Assembly: GCA_964036045.1 (NCBI GenBank)
Contig: OZ038378.1
Location: 140,926,001-140,990,000, forward strand
Origin: Eutreptiella sp. 'Long Island Sound 2002'
Taxonomy: Eukaryota > Protista > Euglenida
Length of the DNA stretch: 64,000 nt
Direction: 5' to 3'
In this document: positions 8,601 to 16,849 of the stretch, in pieces
Layout: every line of letters starts with the position of its first letter
Position numbering within the stretch: the first letter of the stretch is position 1
Program-made: the position numbers and the translations under genes
The notes under the pieces: generated by a model
Seen by the model: the letters and a program-made list of their open reading frames with translations, nothing else
Database searches by the model: none
Told to the model about the DNA's origin: nothing

Positions 8601-10940
8601 CCACGCTTCAAGGCGTCTGCGCCAGCGGTCCCACCATACATCGTGTAGGACGCGGAGTAGCTCCACGGAGGAGCAGTGCGGGGACATCCCGAACTGGTAG
8701 GGCGGCAGGATGCCGTTCTGAACCAGGCGGGGTTGGTAGTGGTCTTTGATGAGGGCAGCCGTGAGCTTCCATATCGTGGCCAGATTGGTCAGCGGTCTGC
8801 CGTTCGCAATGGGGCCGTGCGGCGTCTTTTTCGGAAGGTTGATGAAGTCTGCAGAGTGTGCCTGGGGCACGGGCACCCCACGGAGAATACTGTTGATCAG
8901 GCTCACGATCGCCGCAAACTGGGCATCCTCCAATTGTCCGAACAGCCGGTACTCCAGTAAGTCGTGGTACGGCACAGTGGCCGCCGCCCGGCGGATGATG
9001 GCCCGCAGGTTTGCGGTGGTGGCGTTGGGTGGTGGGCCGAGCGGTCTTTCCTCCCATCCCGTGATGGTCCGGACGCGCGCGAGTGAGAGCGCCTCAAGAG
9101 GGGCAAGGTGCCTTTGGCGCAGCTGGTCCAACGCAACTGCGGCTTGTTGATGAAGAGGTACTGGGACGCCCACCACGTAGACCGGATCCGCTGGGGGTAC
9201 GTAGCGCGCCCCCAACGTGCGGCGGTAGTCCACTTTGGTGGGTTGGCCAGGGGCAGCGGGTAGGGGCGCCAGCCCTACATCCTTCTCCAGAAGGAGAACG
9301 TCCCAGGCCGCTCGGATGCGTTCTTTGAGGCGGGCGACCTCCACGAGGTGTGACGATTGGGACGCCCAATCCGGGTAGGCGAGCGTGTAGCGTTGAAGGT
9401 TGGTGACGTGGACACGTACCGTCGACGGTACCGGCTGGCTGGGGACGGGGGGCCCGTAGGCAGCCGTAGCCGCGGTGTATAGCGCTGAGGTCACCTCGGT
9501 ATAGCGTGGCTGCGCTTCGGGCGCGCCTGGGGGCGGCGCAGCGAGTTCGGCCTGAAAGGTGTCGTTGAGGGTGCGGAGCTGGCTGGCGAGGGGCTCCCGC
9601 GGGATGGGGAAGCGGCCCTTTTTCGAAGGGCATACCAATTGGGGCGCTGGCGGGAGGTCATGGAGGGTGGCAGTCACGGGTAGGTGGTCAGATGGGAAAC
9701 TGGAATCGGAGCGCACCTCCGTGGTGTGGGCTGCTTCCGAAGGGGCGCGGAGGAAGATGTGGTCCAGGGCACCGGCGAAACCTTGCGGGCTCACCCACGT
9801 GGGGGCCTCCGCAAGGGGGCGTAGACGGCGCATCCCAAGGCGCGTGAGCGTGGGGAGGACGAGGTCACAGAGGGAGGCAGGGGAGACAGGGAGGTGCGAG
9901 ACCCAGCGGCAGTTGGCGTTCAGGTCCCCTGTCAGGACAACCACTCTAGCCGGGGTGAGGAGGAGGTACGGGTACACCCAATCCAGGACTTCTTGGAGCG
10001 TGTCGAGGTTCCCGTCGGCGGGGAGATACACGTTGGCGTGGCAGTGGGTCACGCCAGCCATGGTGAAGTGCGTGACGAGGGCTCGTCCCGACGGGTGGGC
10101 GCTGTGGCCGGTCACGACCAGGTCCGGGGTCCTGTAGAGGAGGGTGGCACATCCCCCAGCTATTCTTGCAGGTGCCTGGATGGTGTGGTACAGGGGGTGC
10201 ACCCGTTGGATGATCTGGGGCCCCGCTTCTTGAACATGCAGGGTTAGCGGGTACTGGCACTCGCGCACCAGGACGTCCAGGGCGCGGAGCTTGGGTCGCA
10301 GGGACATCTGCACGTTGAGGGTCATCACGTCTGGGCGGGGCGACACGTGGCCGGTGGGGGGGGGACCAGGGCAGGAGCTGGCGACGGTGGAGTGCTGGGT
10401 TAGCTTGCGGTCCACGGCTGCGGGGAGGGCGCAAGGTAGGCCTCGCACCCACTTGCGGAGGTGCCGGTGGTGGTACGTGGCCGCCATCGCCAAGACACTG
10501 GCCCGGGTGAGGCCTGTGGCTGTGATGGAGACGCGGCTGTGTAGGGATTGTGGGAGGACCACGTGGTGATGCTCGGGCAAGATGAAGGAGGTGGGTGGCA
10601 GGCCTTTGCGGCAGAGCTGCAACTGATGGGAGCCCGTCACCTGCACACAGTGCACGGCGCCCACTAACGACAGAACGTTACGGGGCCAGGGGTCCGCCCC
10701 GCTGCACGCCCGGTAGTAGTGCACACCCACCGGCAGGTGCAGGCACATTTCGAGGGCATAGGGGGGCGTGATGAACTGGGCAGTGCCCGAGGCCGGTACC
10801 GGTACCAGGCCCCACTCTCTGGGGGGGGAGCTGGGAGTGTATGCGCCCAGGTGCAGGTCCCGGACATGGGGGACGCCGTCGAGGTGGGAGTGGCGGAGCT
10901 GAGACACGGCGGCAGGGATGTCCTCGTTGCGCCCCGCCAT
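5646..10940 (-). CDS. LINE ORF2 (1764 aa): unknown N-domain, APE endonuclease, reverse transcriptase, RNase H, CCHC finger, unknown C-domain
   Basis: APE (~10331-9663): TLNV, HVQE, ANVYLP, LTGDLNA, ALDHIF, SDHLPV. RT (~9000-8040): GRPLTNL, YQFGM, LSDDVRHAYGSI, GTGQGCPVS, LLMDD. RNase H (~7285-6860): LHDAS, TAEL, FADC, YSHI, RVDEAA. Finger (6587-6540): CPLC-x7-H-x3-C. Confidence 0.95.
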   Translation of the reverse strand: MAGRNEDIPAAVSQLRHSHLDGVPHVRDLHLGAYTPSSPPREWGLVPVPASGTAQFITPPYALEMCLHLPVGVHYYRACSGADPWPRNVLSLVGAVHCVQVTGSHQLQLCRKGLPPTSFILPEHHHVVLPQSLHSRVSITATGLTRASVLAMAATYHHRHLRKWVRGLPCALPAAVDRKLTQHSTVASSCPGPPPTGHVSPRPDVMTLNVQMSLRPKLRALDVLVRECQYPLTLHVQEAGPQIIQRVHPLYHTIQAPARIAGGCATLLYRTPDLVVTGHSAHPSGRALVTHFTMAGVTHCHANVYLPADGNLDTLQEVLDWVYPYLLLTPARVVVLTGDLNANCRWVSHLPVSPASLCDLVLPTLTRLGMRRLRPLAEAPTWVSPQGFAGALDHIFLRAPSEAAHTTEVRSDSSFPSDHLPVTATLHDLPPAPQLVCPSKKGRFPIPREPLASQLRTLNDTFQAELAAPPPGAPEAQPRYTEVTSALYTAATAAYGPPVPSQPVPSTVRVHVTNLQRYTLAYPDWASQSSHLVEVARLKERIRAAWDVLLLEKDVGLAPLPAAPGQPTKVDYRRTLGARYVPPADPVYVVGVPVPLHQQAAVALDQLRQRHLAPLEALSLARVRTITGWEERPLGPPPNATTANLRAIIRRAAATVPYHDLLEYRLFGQLEDAQFAAIVSLINSILRGVPVPQAHSADFINLPKKTPHGPIANGRPLTNLATIWKLTAALIKDHYQPRLVQNGILPPYQFGMSPHCSSVELLRVLHDVWWDRWRRRLEAWVLSDDVRHAYGSINHTTEYAVLTAAGISPTDAATLQHHDRALEVHMGGADGRSPSSTRLGAGTGQGCPVSGMKYCIYGEVRGHEACRSIPPTDTPAGPLNRVLLMDDTQWLPGDRCHLPALASGIERAGRLTNLHPDPTKTVLIGTDMRDGQVYFLNDTVYLNGHPVRCATSQDYVRVLGRHALPHLFHPVDSRRLFSGARAACRALRAPRLPAHYPLAMYTAKCHGTVNWFTSVRPPSYGALRVLDAMTASAMRATAGWTLSASAHFLREVPEGGVGIPPAPVVGFTNFFGVYIRHLNHPNSLVCRSTRHGLLTALWRFHPSQPCLTPELGLRCTAHPTDHDLFVALCHRCDIAIHLPPDSHLPHHTPHVLALSSPGLEVQDTHAWMLAGRRSTEDARRKGWPRASPRPTPPVGTVPPVRRCQAVTATVPTFSWLPENYGILHDASWCPKTRRCGGAVAVFCPVTLRYQVYPVPIPLRLDNAYTAELYTAWVALTAKGPSADPAIGFRSGAWHFADCKGYITAQEGRREPEDSLQGDLIRSCRDMAHGHAPPHHLYSHIAGTWLDTLLDRVDEAAGQAADNCPDAVGWLGPLQKPRVCFSHAGLQVHDAVPHARRALLASHHAFSASPPPQHLPDLNEYANIVSHGLITWGDHLTVTGIRLSLFPPRDTSCPLCTMPASGDHILSCPLDPLIRAHYHRWLAARLSQRCHAWRHCTPTAWGTLVLWGDEPFILAVDGSPAHHTIATYTVGRLGAISTPHRDALLHRGLRPARLRRLLCDVVLTTVLLHKRHAVPVLPLADHLSPLPRAPVNQSLANDPPPEWYHVANWAPTPGSGRWPAWDILLGLWLSGDLLLAPKVKSVISTRSKHSPYRVLYVYNGSNQIPPTMWQEVEQNPHDVIILDSLGRHGLAPHLPGRRRLWAIHYGGNGRSLEAGLCGDVTPSWCAALHSAFSAILTAASQGPRTVFKDMQVAMGRPAPWPYPRP

Positions 10941-10948
10941 GTCCCGGG

Positions 10949-13948
10949 TTACCGGTCCCGCGGACGCCGACCGAAGTACGGCTGGTAGCGGTGGGGGTCG
11001 GCTGGGGGGCTCCAGGGCGGGGGAGCGTAGGGGTTGTGGGCCATGGCCACTCGGGGGTCGTGGGGGTCCCCCGAGTACGGGTAGGGCAGGAGAGGGGCTG
11101 CTGCATGGTGGTCGTGGCGGCTGGAAAGCGCTTGTGGCTCATCGCGGTACGCGCTGCGACGCCTCGGCGGCGGGCTGTCGCGGCGATGGCCTGGGCTGCG
11201 GCGGCGGGACGGGGACCGGTCCGAGCGGCGGGGGCTGTACCTGCGCTGATATTTGGAGTCTGGTTCTCCGTCCGATCCCGACGTTGCCGTAAGGTCCACC
11301 TGATCCTCAGGGTCCCGTGGACGGCGCTGCTTCCCGCGGCTTCCCCGATGAGTCTTCCGGGGCGGACGGTCTCGGTCTCGGTCAGGGTCAGGCACCCAGG
11401 GCGTAAACGGTTGTTTCTTCGATTCGGCCCACGTCACTCGCCAGCCACGAGCCGTGTGTTGCCTCGTCAGTCGCATGCCGCGCTCGTACTCCGCTGGTCG
11501 GATTCCGACGATTGTGAACTTGGATGTATGGTTCAATTGTTCTTCAGTAATAGAGGAAAGGCCTGCACCAAATTTATCCCGAAGGATACCACCGAGGAGT
11601 CCTGCATCAACTTCACCGGACGGCGGATCGTCGACTTCTTGCCAGCCGACCCACAGGGCTTTCGAGTAGACTTGCGGATCGATTTTTTGGGGTGTATACC
11701 CCTTCTTTTTCGCTGCGCCCTGTGCCTGGTTGGCGGCTGCAGCTTCTGATGGGGAGGTGGCTGGGCTGGCGGAAACCTGCTGGACTGCAGGGGGGTTGGA
11801 GAGGAAGGAGCGCAGGACTTCCGCGATGCCGGGCAGGCTGGGCGCGTGGCTGTGGACCCAGGCCCACTGCTCCCGGATCGGCGACTGCGGGAGGGTGTCG
11901 ACCTTCGCGCCGTACTGGCGGAAGAGCTGGAGGTGGAGCGCGTGCGCAACCTCGTCCTCACAGCCCTTGGGGATCCCCGGGATCCACTCCAGCAGGTCGG
12001 TCAGGGCGGCATCGGCAGGCGACGGCAGAGACGGCGTCGGCTGGGCGGTCGCGCCCGGTGCCCGAAAGGCAGAGACCGCCCTCGGCTTAGGGATCGGTTC
12101 CGGGACTGCGAACGACAGTTCGGGCGCACGCGCAGGGGCCTCCGGGACCGGCACGGCGCCTGGCGCGGCCATAGCCCTACGGAGGACGTCGGCCAACTCC
12201 TCGAGGTTGGGTGCCTGGGGCGAGGTGAGAACTGCTGCGGCGAGGATGACCGGCACGAGGACCAGGAACTGCTGAGAGCCGGGGGGGGGCAGCTCGAATG
12301 AAGCCGGAACGGTACTGCGCACGGCGTTGGCGAATGCCGGCGGCGTGGACTGGAGGCCGTGGAGTCTGGTGGCGATGGACAGGAGGGGGGGTACCGACCT
12401 GATGAAGTTGTTGAGCCTGACGGCTTCGGTCTGCCGCTGTGCCGCGGCGCAACGCTGGGCCTGCTGCTGGGCATTATCCCGTTCGGTGCGCATCACGTCC
12501 AGGTCCCGCGCGAGGGACTCCAGGTCGCCCCGTGCCACGGCCAGCTCCCGTCGTTGGGCCTCATACTCGTCATGCAATTGAGCGTAGTCGGTGGAGTAGG
12601 CCGTGACATCCAGGTCCGGGACAAAAGGCTCCCCCACCTGGGAGGGGCTGGGGGGGGCCGACCCGACGGCCGGGGCCGGTGACTCCGGAGGCGTGGGGTC
12701 TGCGGCAGCCGGTGGTACCTGGGAGGCAGGCTCTGGGAGATTGAAAGAAAGCCTTGTCTGTTCGGGCAACAGTGATGAAGGCGATGGTTCGGACCCTGAG
12801 GGGGTGGGCTTGCCCTGGGCCTTGTACAGGGCTGACGCTGGGGTGAACGCCGCCGTGGCGAACAGAGTGCCGGCGGGGCTGGGCGCCGATTGTCCTTTGG
12901 TGAGGTAAGGTGCGTGGCTGGGCGGCGTGAGCGGGGGCGGGTTGGCGGTGTCGGCGATGCCGGCCTGCAGCAGGGCGAAAGTGGGGGCTGTGGCCCAGGA
13001 GTGCTCACCAGCCTGCTCGATCTGATGCAGCAGCTCCACGCTGCGGATCGGCAAGATCGAGCACTCGAGCAGCGGCCGCAGCTGTTCGGGGGTCCACATG
13101 CCCTTGTTGGCGAGGGCGGGGGGTGTGGGAACGGGGGCTGGCGTGTACTGTCCTGTGAGGCAGACGGAGGAGGCCCACGCTAGGAGCCCGAACTTCAGCG
13201 GGACGAGGTCTGCTGTCGGGATGTGGGCTGCCTGCAGGACCGCATGCACGTCGTTGGGTAGCGCCCAAAAGGCCGCAACTACCTCTCGGGTGCGGAGGCG
13301 GTCCCATGACGGTCTGAGGTGGGGGGCAAGGAACTGGCTGATGGGCTTGTGGATCTTGTGGGAGACCTTCTGGCTTTGGATGTCCGGAGGGCCGGCAGTG
13401 TCGACGGGCGGTGGCTGTTCGCGGGCTGTGTACAGGCCCTTGAAGACTTGGTTGCGGAGGCGTGACGCCGAAATTGGGGCATGGCTTGGGCTCCACCGCG
13501 TGACGAGAGCCGCTGTGAGGGCCTCAGGGTCCTTGGAGATATACTCCAGCAGTGGGCCTCCTTGTACCAGCGACAGGGGGACGTGCTCGATGACCTTCGT
13601 GTCAGACGGGCCTGCGGCGACCGTTACGGTGGCTGTGAGCAGGAGCCCCCGCGGCGTCCACACCCCCGTCACCGCTGTAATAGCCTGGATGTCGCCGTTG
13701 GCAGCCGTCCACCGCAGGGCATCACACAAGTCAGCCAGGGCGGGGTCGGTGGCCTGGATAGCCGTATCTGCCGCTTCCAGTGCGTCATCCTTCAGCATGT
13801 CCAGTTCTCGCAGCAGACGGTCAGCATCGTCGGACTGGGCGATGTCCATCAGAAACATGGGGAACGGCCCCTGACGAATGGCGCCGCCTCGACCGGTGTC
13901 GGGGGCGGGAGAGGGGGTGTCCTGGGACGGTGTTGAGCGGTCTGACAT
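10949..13948 (-). CDS. LINE ORF1 (~999 aa from the ATG at 13948): coiled coil, RRM-like domain, RS/RD-rich tail
   Basis: Open frame directly upstream of ORF2 with an 8-nt gap. Heptad-rich YAQLHDEYEAQRRELAVARGDLESLARDLDVMRTERD (~12600-12400); KALWVGW...ILRDKFG...KFTIVGI...WRVTWAE has RRM topology (~11670-11415); RRYSPRRSDRSPSRRRSP tail. The track starts the ORF at a TTG at 13990. Confidence 0.88.
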   Translation of the reverse strand: MSDRSTPSQDTPSPAPDTGRGGAIRQGPFPMFLMDIAQSDDADRLLRELDMLKDDALEAADTAIQATDPALADLCDALRWTAANGDIQAITAVTGVWTPRGLLLTATVTVAAGPSDTKVIEHVPLSLVQGGPLLEYISKDPEALTAALVTRWSPSHAPISASRLRNQVFKGLYTAREQPPPVDTAGPPDIQSQKVSHKIHKPISQFLAPHLRPSWDRLRTREVVAAFWALPNDVHAVLQAAHIPTADLVPLKFGLLAWASSVCLTGQYTPAPVPTPPALANKGMWTPEQLRPLLECSILPIRSVELLHQIEQAGEHSWATAPTFALLQAGIADTANPPPLTPPSHAPYLTKGQSAPSPAGTLFATAAFTPASALYKAQGKPTPSGSEPSPSSLLPEQTRLSFNLPEPASQVPPAAADPTPPESPAPAVGSAPPSPSQVGEPFVPDLDVTAYSTDYAQLHDEYEAQRRELAVARGDLESLARDLDVMRTERDNAQQQAQRCAAAQRQTEAVRLNNFIRSVPPLLSIATRLHGLQSTPPAFANAVRSTVPASFELPPPGSQQFLVLVPVILAAAVLTSPQAPNLEELADVLRRAMAAPGAVPVPEAPARAPELSFAVPEPIPKPRAVSAFRAPGATAQPTPSLPSPADAALTDLLEWIPGIPKGCEDEVAHALHLQLFRQYGAKVDTLPQSPIREQWAWVHSHAPSLPGIAEVLRSFLSNPPAVQQVSASPATSPSEAAAANQAQGAAKKKGYTPQKIDPQVYSKALWVGWQEVDDPPSGEVDAGLLGGILRDKFGAGLSSITEEQLNHTSKFTIVGIRPAEYERGMRLTRQHTARGWRVTWAESKKQPFTPWVPDPDRDRDRPPRKTHRGSRGKQRRPRDPEDQVDLTATSGSDGEPDSKYQRRYSPRRSDRSPSRRRSPGHRRDSPPPRRRSAYRDEPQALSSRHDHHAAAPLLPYPYSGDPHDPRVAMAHNPYAPPPWSPPADPHRYQPYFGRRPRDR

Positions 13949-14637
13949 GGTAGCTGTGGCGAGAAAAGAGCGGGTGGCCTGTGGCCGCAATATGTTGGGG
14001 GGGGGGAGCAGATCGAGGTGTCGGCAAACGGAGGTGCACTGACATCATAGGCAGCCCCAGTCGGATGGGGCGCGCAGGAGAGAAACAAGGGGTACCACGA
14101 GCGTGGCCATAGTGTGACAAAACAAAGAGCATGGCGCGATGGCGCGGAGTAACATGGGGCCGCCTGGCGGACCGGGTCGGTGAGCGGGGGTCCCAGGACA
14201 CACAGGGCGGGGATGCGAGGGGAGCACCGCACTGGCGCGTGGTGCTGCAACCCTAGTGGCGCACGGGAGCGAGGGGCCCCACGTTGGGACGACGAATCGG
14301 ACGACTGATGATACCCCTGCACAAGGCGTCACGCTTGAGCGGCGGATACGTCGAATGCAGTCCCCGTCGCGGCTCCCCGCGTAGCGGCCTGGAAGATTGC
14401 CACGGCGAGGTCGACGTCTTGCCAGAGACGAACGTATAACGACGTGCCCACTGTGAGCAGGAAACGGCTTGCAAGGGGGAGGGACGCACTTGAGGTGCGG
14501 CACTCAGCCCTTGGAGACACGGGACGAAGAGGGAGAGAGAGAGTGCACCATACGGGTGGAGCTGAGCGGAGAGGGGGCCACGATGGCAGAGCTGAGTCAC
14601 GTGGTGGCACGACTATCACGACGATTCACGATTGGTG

Positions 14638-14716
14638 TCGAGCGTGGCAGTGCGTGTAGGCAATCCGTCCTACAGCTACCATCCTGAGGGTTTTTAGACT
14701 GGTGCCAGGTCACCAG
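14638..14716 (-). ncRNA. Structured 5' leader of LINE-A
   Basis: Sense CTGGTGACCTGGCACCAGTCTAAAAACCCTCAGGATGGTAGCTGTAGGACGGATTGCCTACACGCACTGCCACGCTCGA; four copies in the window, with one compensatory base-pair change. Confidence 0.6.
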
Positions 14717-14965
14717 TGGTGTGGTGTGGTGTGGTGTGGTGTGATGCGGTGAGGTGCGGTGTAGTGGGGTGCGGTGCGGTGCGGTGAGGTGCGGTGCGGT
14801 GCGGTGCGGTGTGGTGCTGTGTGGTGCGGTGCGGTGCGGTGCGGTGCGGTGCGGTGCGGTGCGGTGCGGTGAGGTGCGGTGCGGTGCGGTGCGGTGCGGT
14901 GGGGTGGGGTGGGGTGGGGTGGGGTGGGGTGTGGTGCGGTGCGGTGCGGTGCGTTGCGGTGCGGT
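14717..14965. repeat. Mixed (GTGTG/GTGCG/GTGGG)n tract
   Basis: Direct reading. Confidence 0.95.
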
Positions 14966-15782
14966 GGAGGAGGAGGAGGAGGAGGAGGAGGAGCGCCTGC
15001 CGTGGTCCCACGTACGGTGAGCCGTGGCGTCGTCCCTCGGGGGCCCCACGCAGGCTCTGCCGAGGGGGTCCTCCGTCTTACCTCCGCTAGAGTAAGACGA
15101 ATCTCGTCGCACACCTGAGAACGCTCCTCCCAGCAGGCCGTCTGGGTCACAGCGTCGGTGTACGACAACGCTACGGTCCGATCTGCTCTCCGGTCCCGGC
15201 CACCGACTGCCCCGAACTGTCCTGGATCCACCCGAGTCAGCGTTCCAAGATCAACGTGAGCGGAAGATGTGGGTCTCCCGGGGCATCACCCCCGACTTGA
15301 AAGCGGCGCCGGGCTAAATAGAACGCGGCCCAGCACGACTATGCGCATTGCCGGCGGGCTGAGTACCGCCGGCGTCGCGAGTACGGTCACGCTACACGAT
15401 CACGCGCACCGCCGGTGGCCTGGGTACCCCCGGGTTCTGTGAGTGCGGGACGTGCGTCATTGCCATAGCACCACGGTGGTGCACCGCCGTGGAGGTCACC
15501 GAGGACGCCCGGCCGCAAAGGCCGGGCCCAAACGACGAGCCCTACGATACGCGCACTGAGACGGTACGTGACCGAGAAAGTGGCACCACGATGGCGCCTG
15601 AGCGAGACGACGACGTTCGCCGATGGCACGTGAGGCGGTGAGTACCGCCGATGACACGTCACCTCTGCACGGGGTGTCACGGAGCTTGGCGGAGCGCCAG
15701 GTGCAGACCTCGCCATGGTGCCTCGAGTATTGGCCTGGAGGACACACCATGGCCAGGCTGGCGCACGAAGACTGTTTGGGCT

Positions 15783-16292
15783 GCGCCACGGTGGCGCTCT
15801 GCCCTGAAGGTTGCGCCACAACGGCGCACGTGTACGTTGACCGCACCACGGTGGTGCCACGTCACTGAACTGGCGCCACGTCGGCGCAGGGCTGTCTGGG
15901 CAGCGCCGCGGTGGCGTTCTGCCGTGAGGATTGCGCCATGATGGCGCACGTGTACGTTGGCGGCACCACGATGGCGCTCTGCCACTGAACTGGCGCCACG
16001 GAGGCATGGGGCTGTCCGGGCAGTGCCACGACGGCGCTGTGCCCCGAACACTGCGCCACGGTAGCTGCACCACAGTGGTGTGCTGCCACGGAAGTGGCGC
16101 CACGTTGGCGCTGGACTGTTTGGGCGGCGCCACGGCGGCGCTCTGCCAAGAAGGCCGTGCCACGACGGCGCTCTGCCCAGAAGGCCGCGCCACGACGGCG
16201 CACGGGTACGTTCGCGGCGCCACGATGGTGCCCTGCCATTGAGCCCGCGCCATGTCGGCGCAGAGCTATCGGGGCAGGCGCCACGTTGGCGT
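15783..16292. repeat. 30-bp-period hairpin/spacer array, ~18 units
   Basis: Units at 15783 through 16053 every 30 bp, a 16-bp deletion, then 16067 through 16247 every 30 bp, and one more at 16278. Confidence 0.9.
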
Positions 16293-16444
16293 CTGGCGGT
16301 CGGGGGGAGGCCACGTATGTGCATCTGTCCCCCACAGGACTGCATGTCTGGCCCAGGGAGGGGTCCTGGACGGTTGGCGGGCGGGGTGGGCCCGGCCTGA
16401 CACAGGGAAGACGCACGAGAAATCGAGACGTATCACGACTGGCT

Positions 16445-16523
16445 TCGAGCGTGGCAATGCGTGTGGGCAATCCGTCCCACAGCTACCATCCTGAGGGTTT
16501 TTAGACTGGTGCCAGTTCACCAG
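16445..16523 (-). ncRNA. Structured 5' leader (partner copy 2)
   Basis: Homologous to 14638-14716. Confidence 0.6.
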
Positions 16524-16849
16524 AGGTGCGGTGGGGTGCGGTGCGGTGCGGTGCGGTGCGGTGCGGTGCGGTGGGGTGCGGTGCGGTGGGGTGGGGTGGG
16601 GTGGGTTGTGGTGTGGTGTGGTGCGGTGCGGTGCGGTGCGGTGGGGTGCGGTGCGGTGCGGTGGGGTGGGGTGGGGTGGGGTGGGGTGGTGTGGGGTGTG
16701 GTGTGGTGTGGTGCGGTGCGGTGCGGTGGGGTGTGGTGCGGTGCGGTGCGGTGCGGTGCGGTGCGGTGCGGTGGGGTGTGGTGCGGTGCGGTGCGGTGCG
16801 GTGTGGTGCGGTGTGGTGCGGTGCGGTGCGGTGCGGTGCGGTGCGGCGC
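16524..16849. repeat. Mixed pentamer tract
   Basis: Direct reading. Confidence 0.95.

Larger units (their letters stand above)
5236..14716 (-). mobile_element. LINE-A: full-length, apparently intact non-LTR retrotransposon (APE-RT-RNase H type)
   Basis: Two long uninterrupted ORFs, a ~770-nt 5' UTR, a ~410-nt 3' UTR ending in (CCT)n, and pentamer tracts on both sides. Both ends are confirmed by the shared termini of the partner elements. Confidence 0.95.
14966..16523 (-). mobile_element. Non-autonomous partner of LINE-A, copy 2 (~1.56 kb)
   Basis: Same (CCT)n tail, 3' ~370 nt and 5' leader as LINE-A; interior homologous to 2617-4084. Confidence 0.9.

Noticed and set aside
6154-14322. Many overlapping and antisense ORFs within LINE-A (e.g. 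7575-8567, 10841-11749, 13098-13874)
   Set aside because: Expected shadows of a very GC-rich coding region; no recognisable motifs.
14638-14716. Assignment of the leader as an HDV-like, hammerhead, twister or pistol ribozyme
   Set aside because: I could not place the nested HDV P1/P1.1/P2, the CUGANGA/GAAA core, the twister GGUCCYAAGCCC, or pistol P2 and GCG. It is kept only as an unassigned structured RNA.
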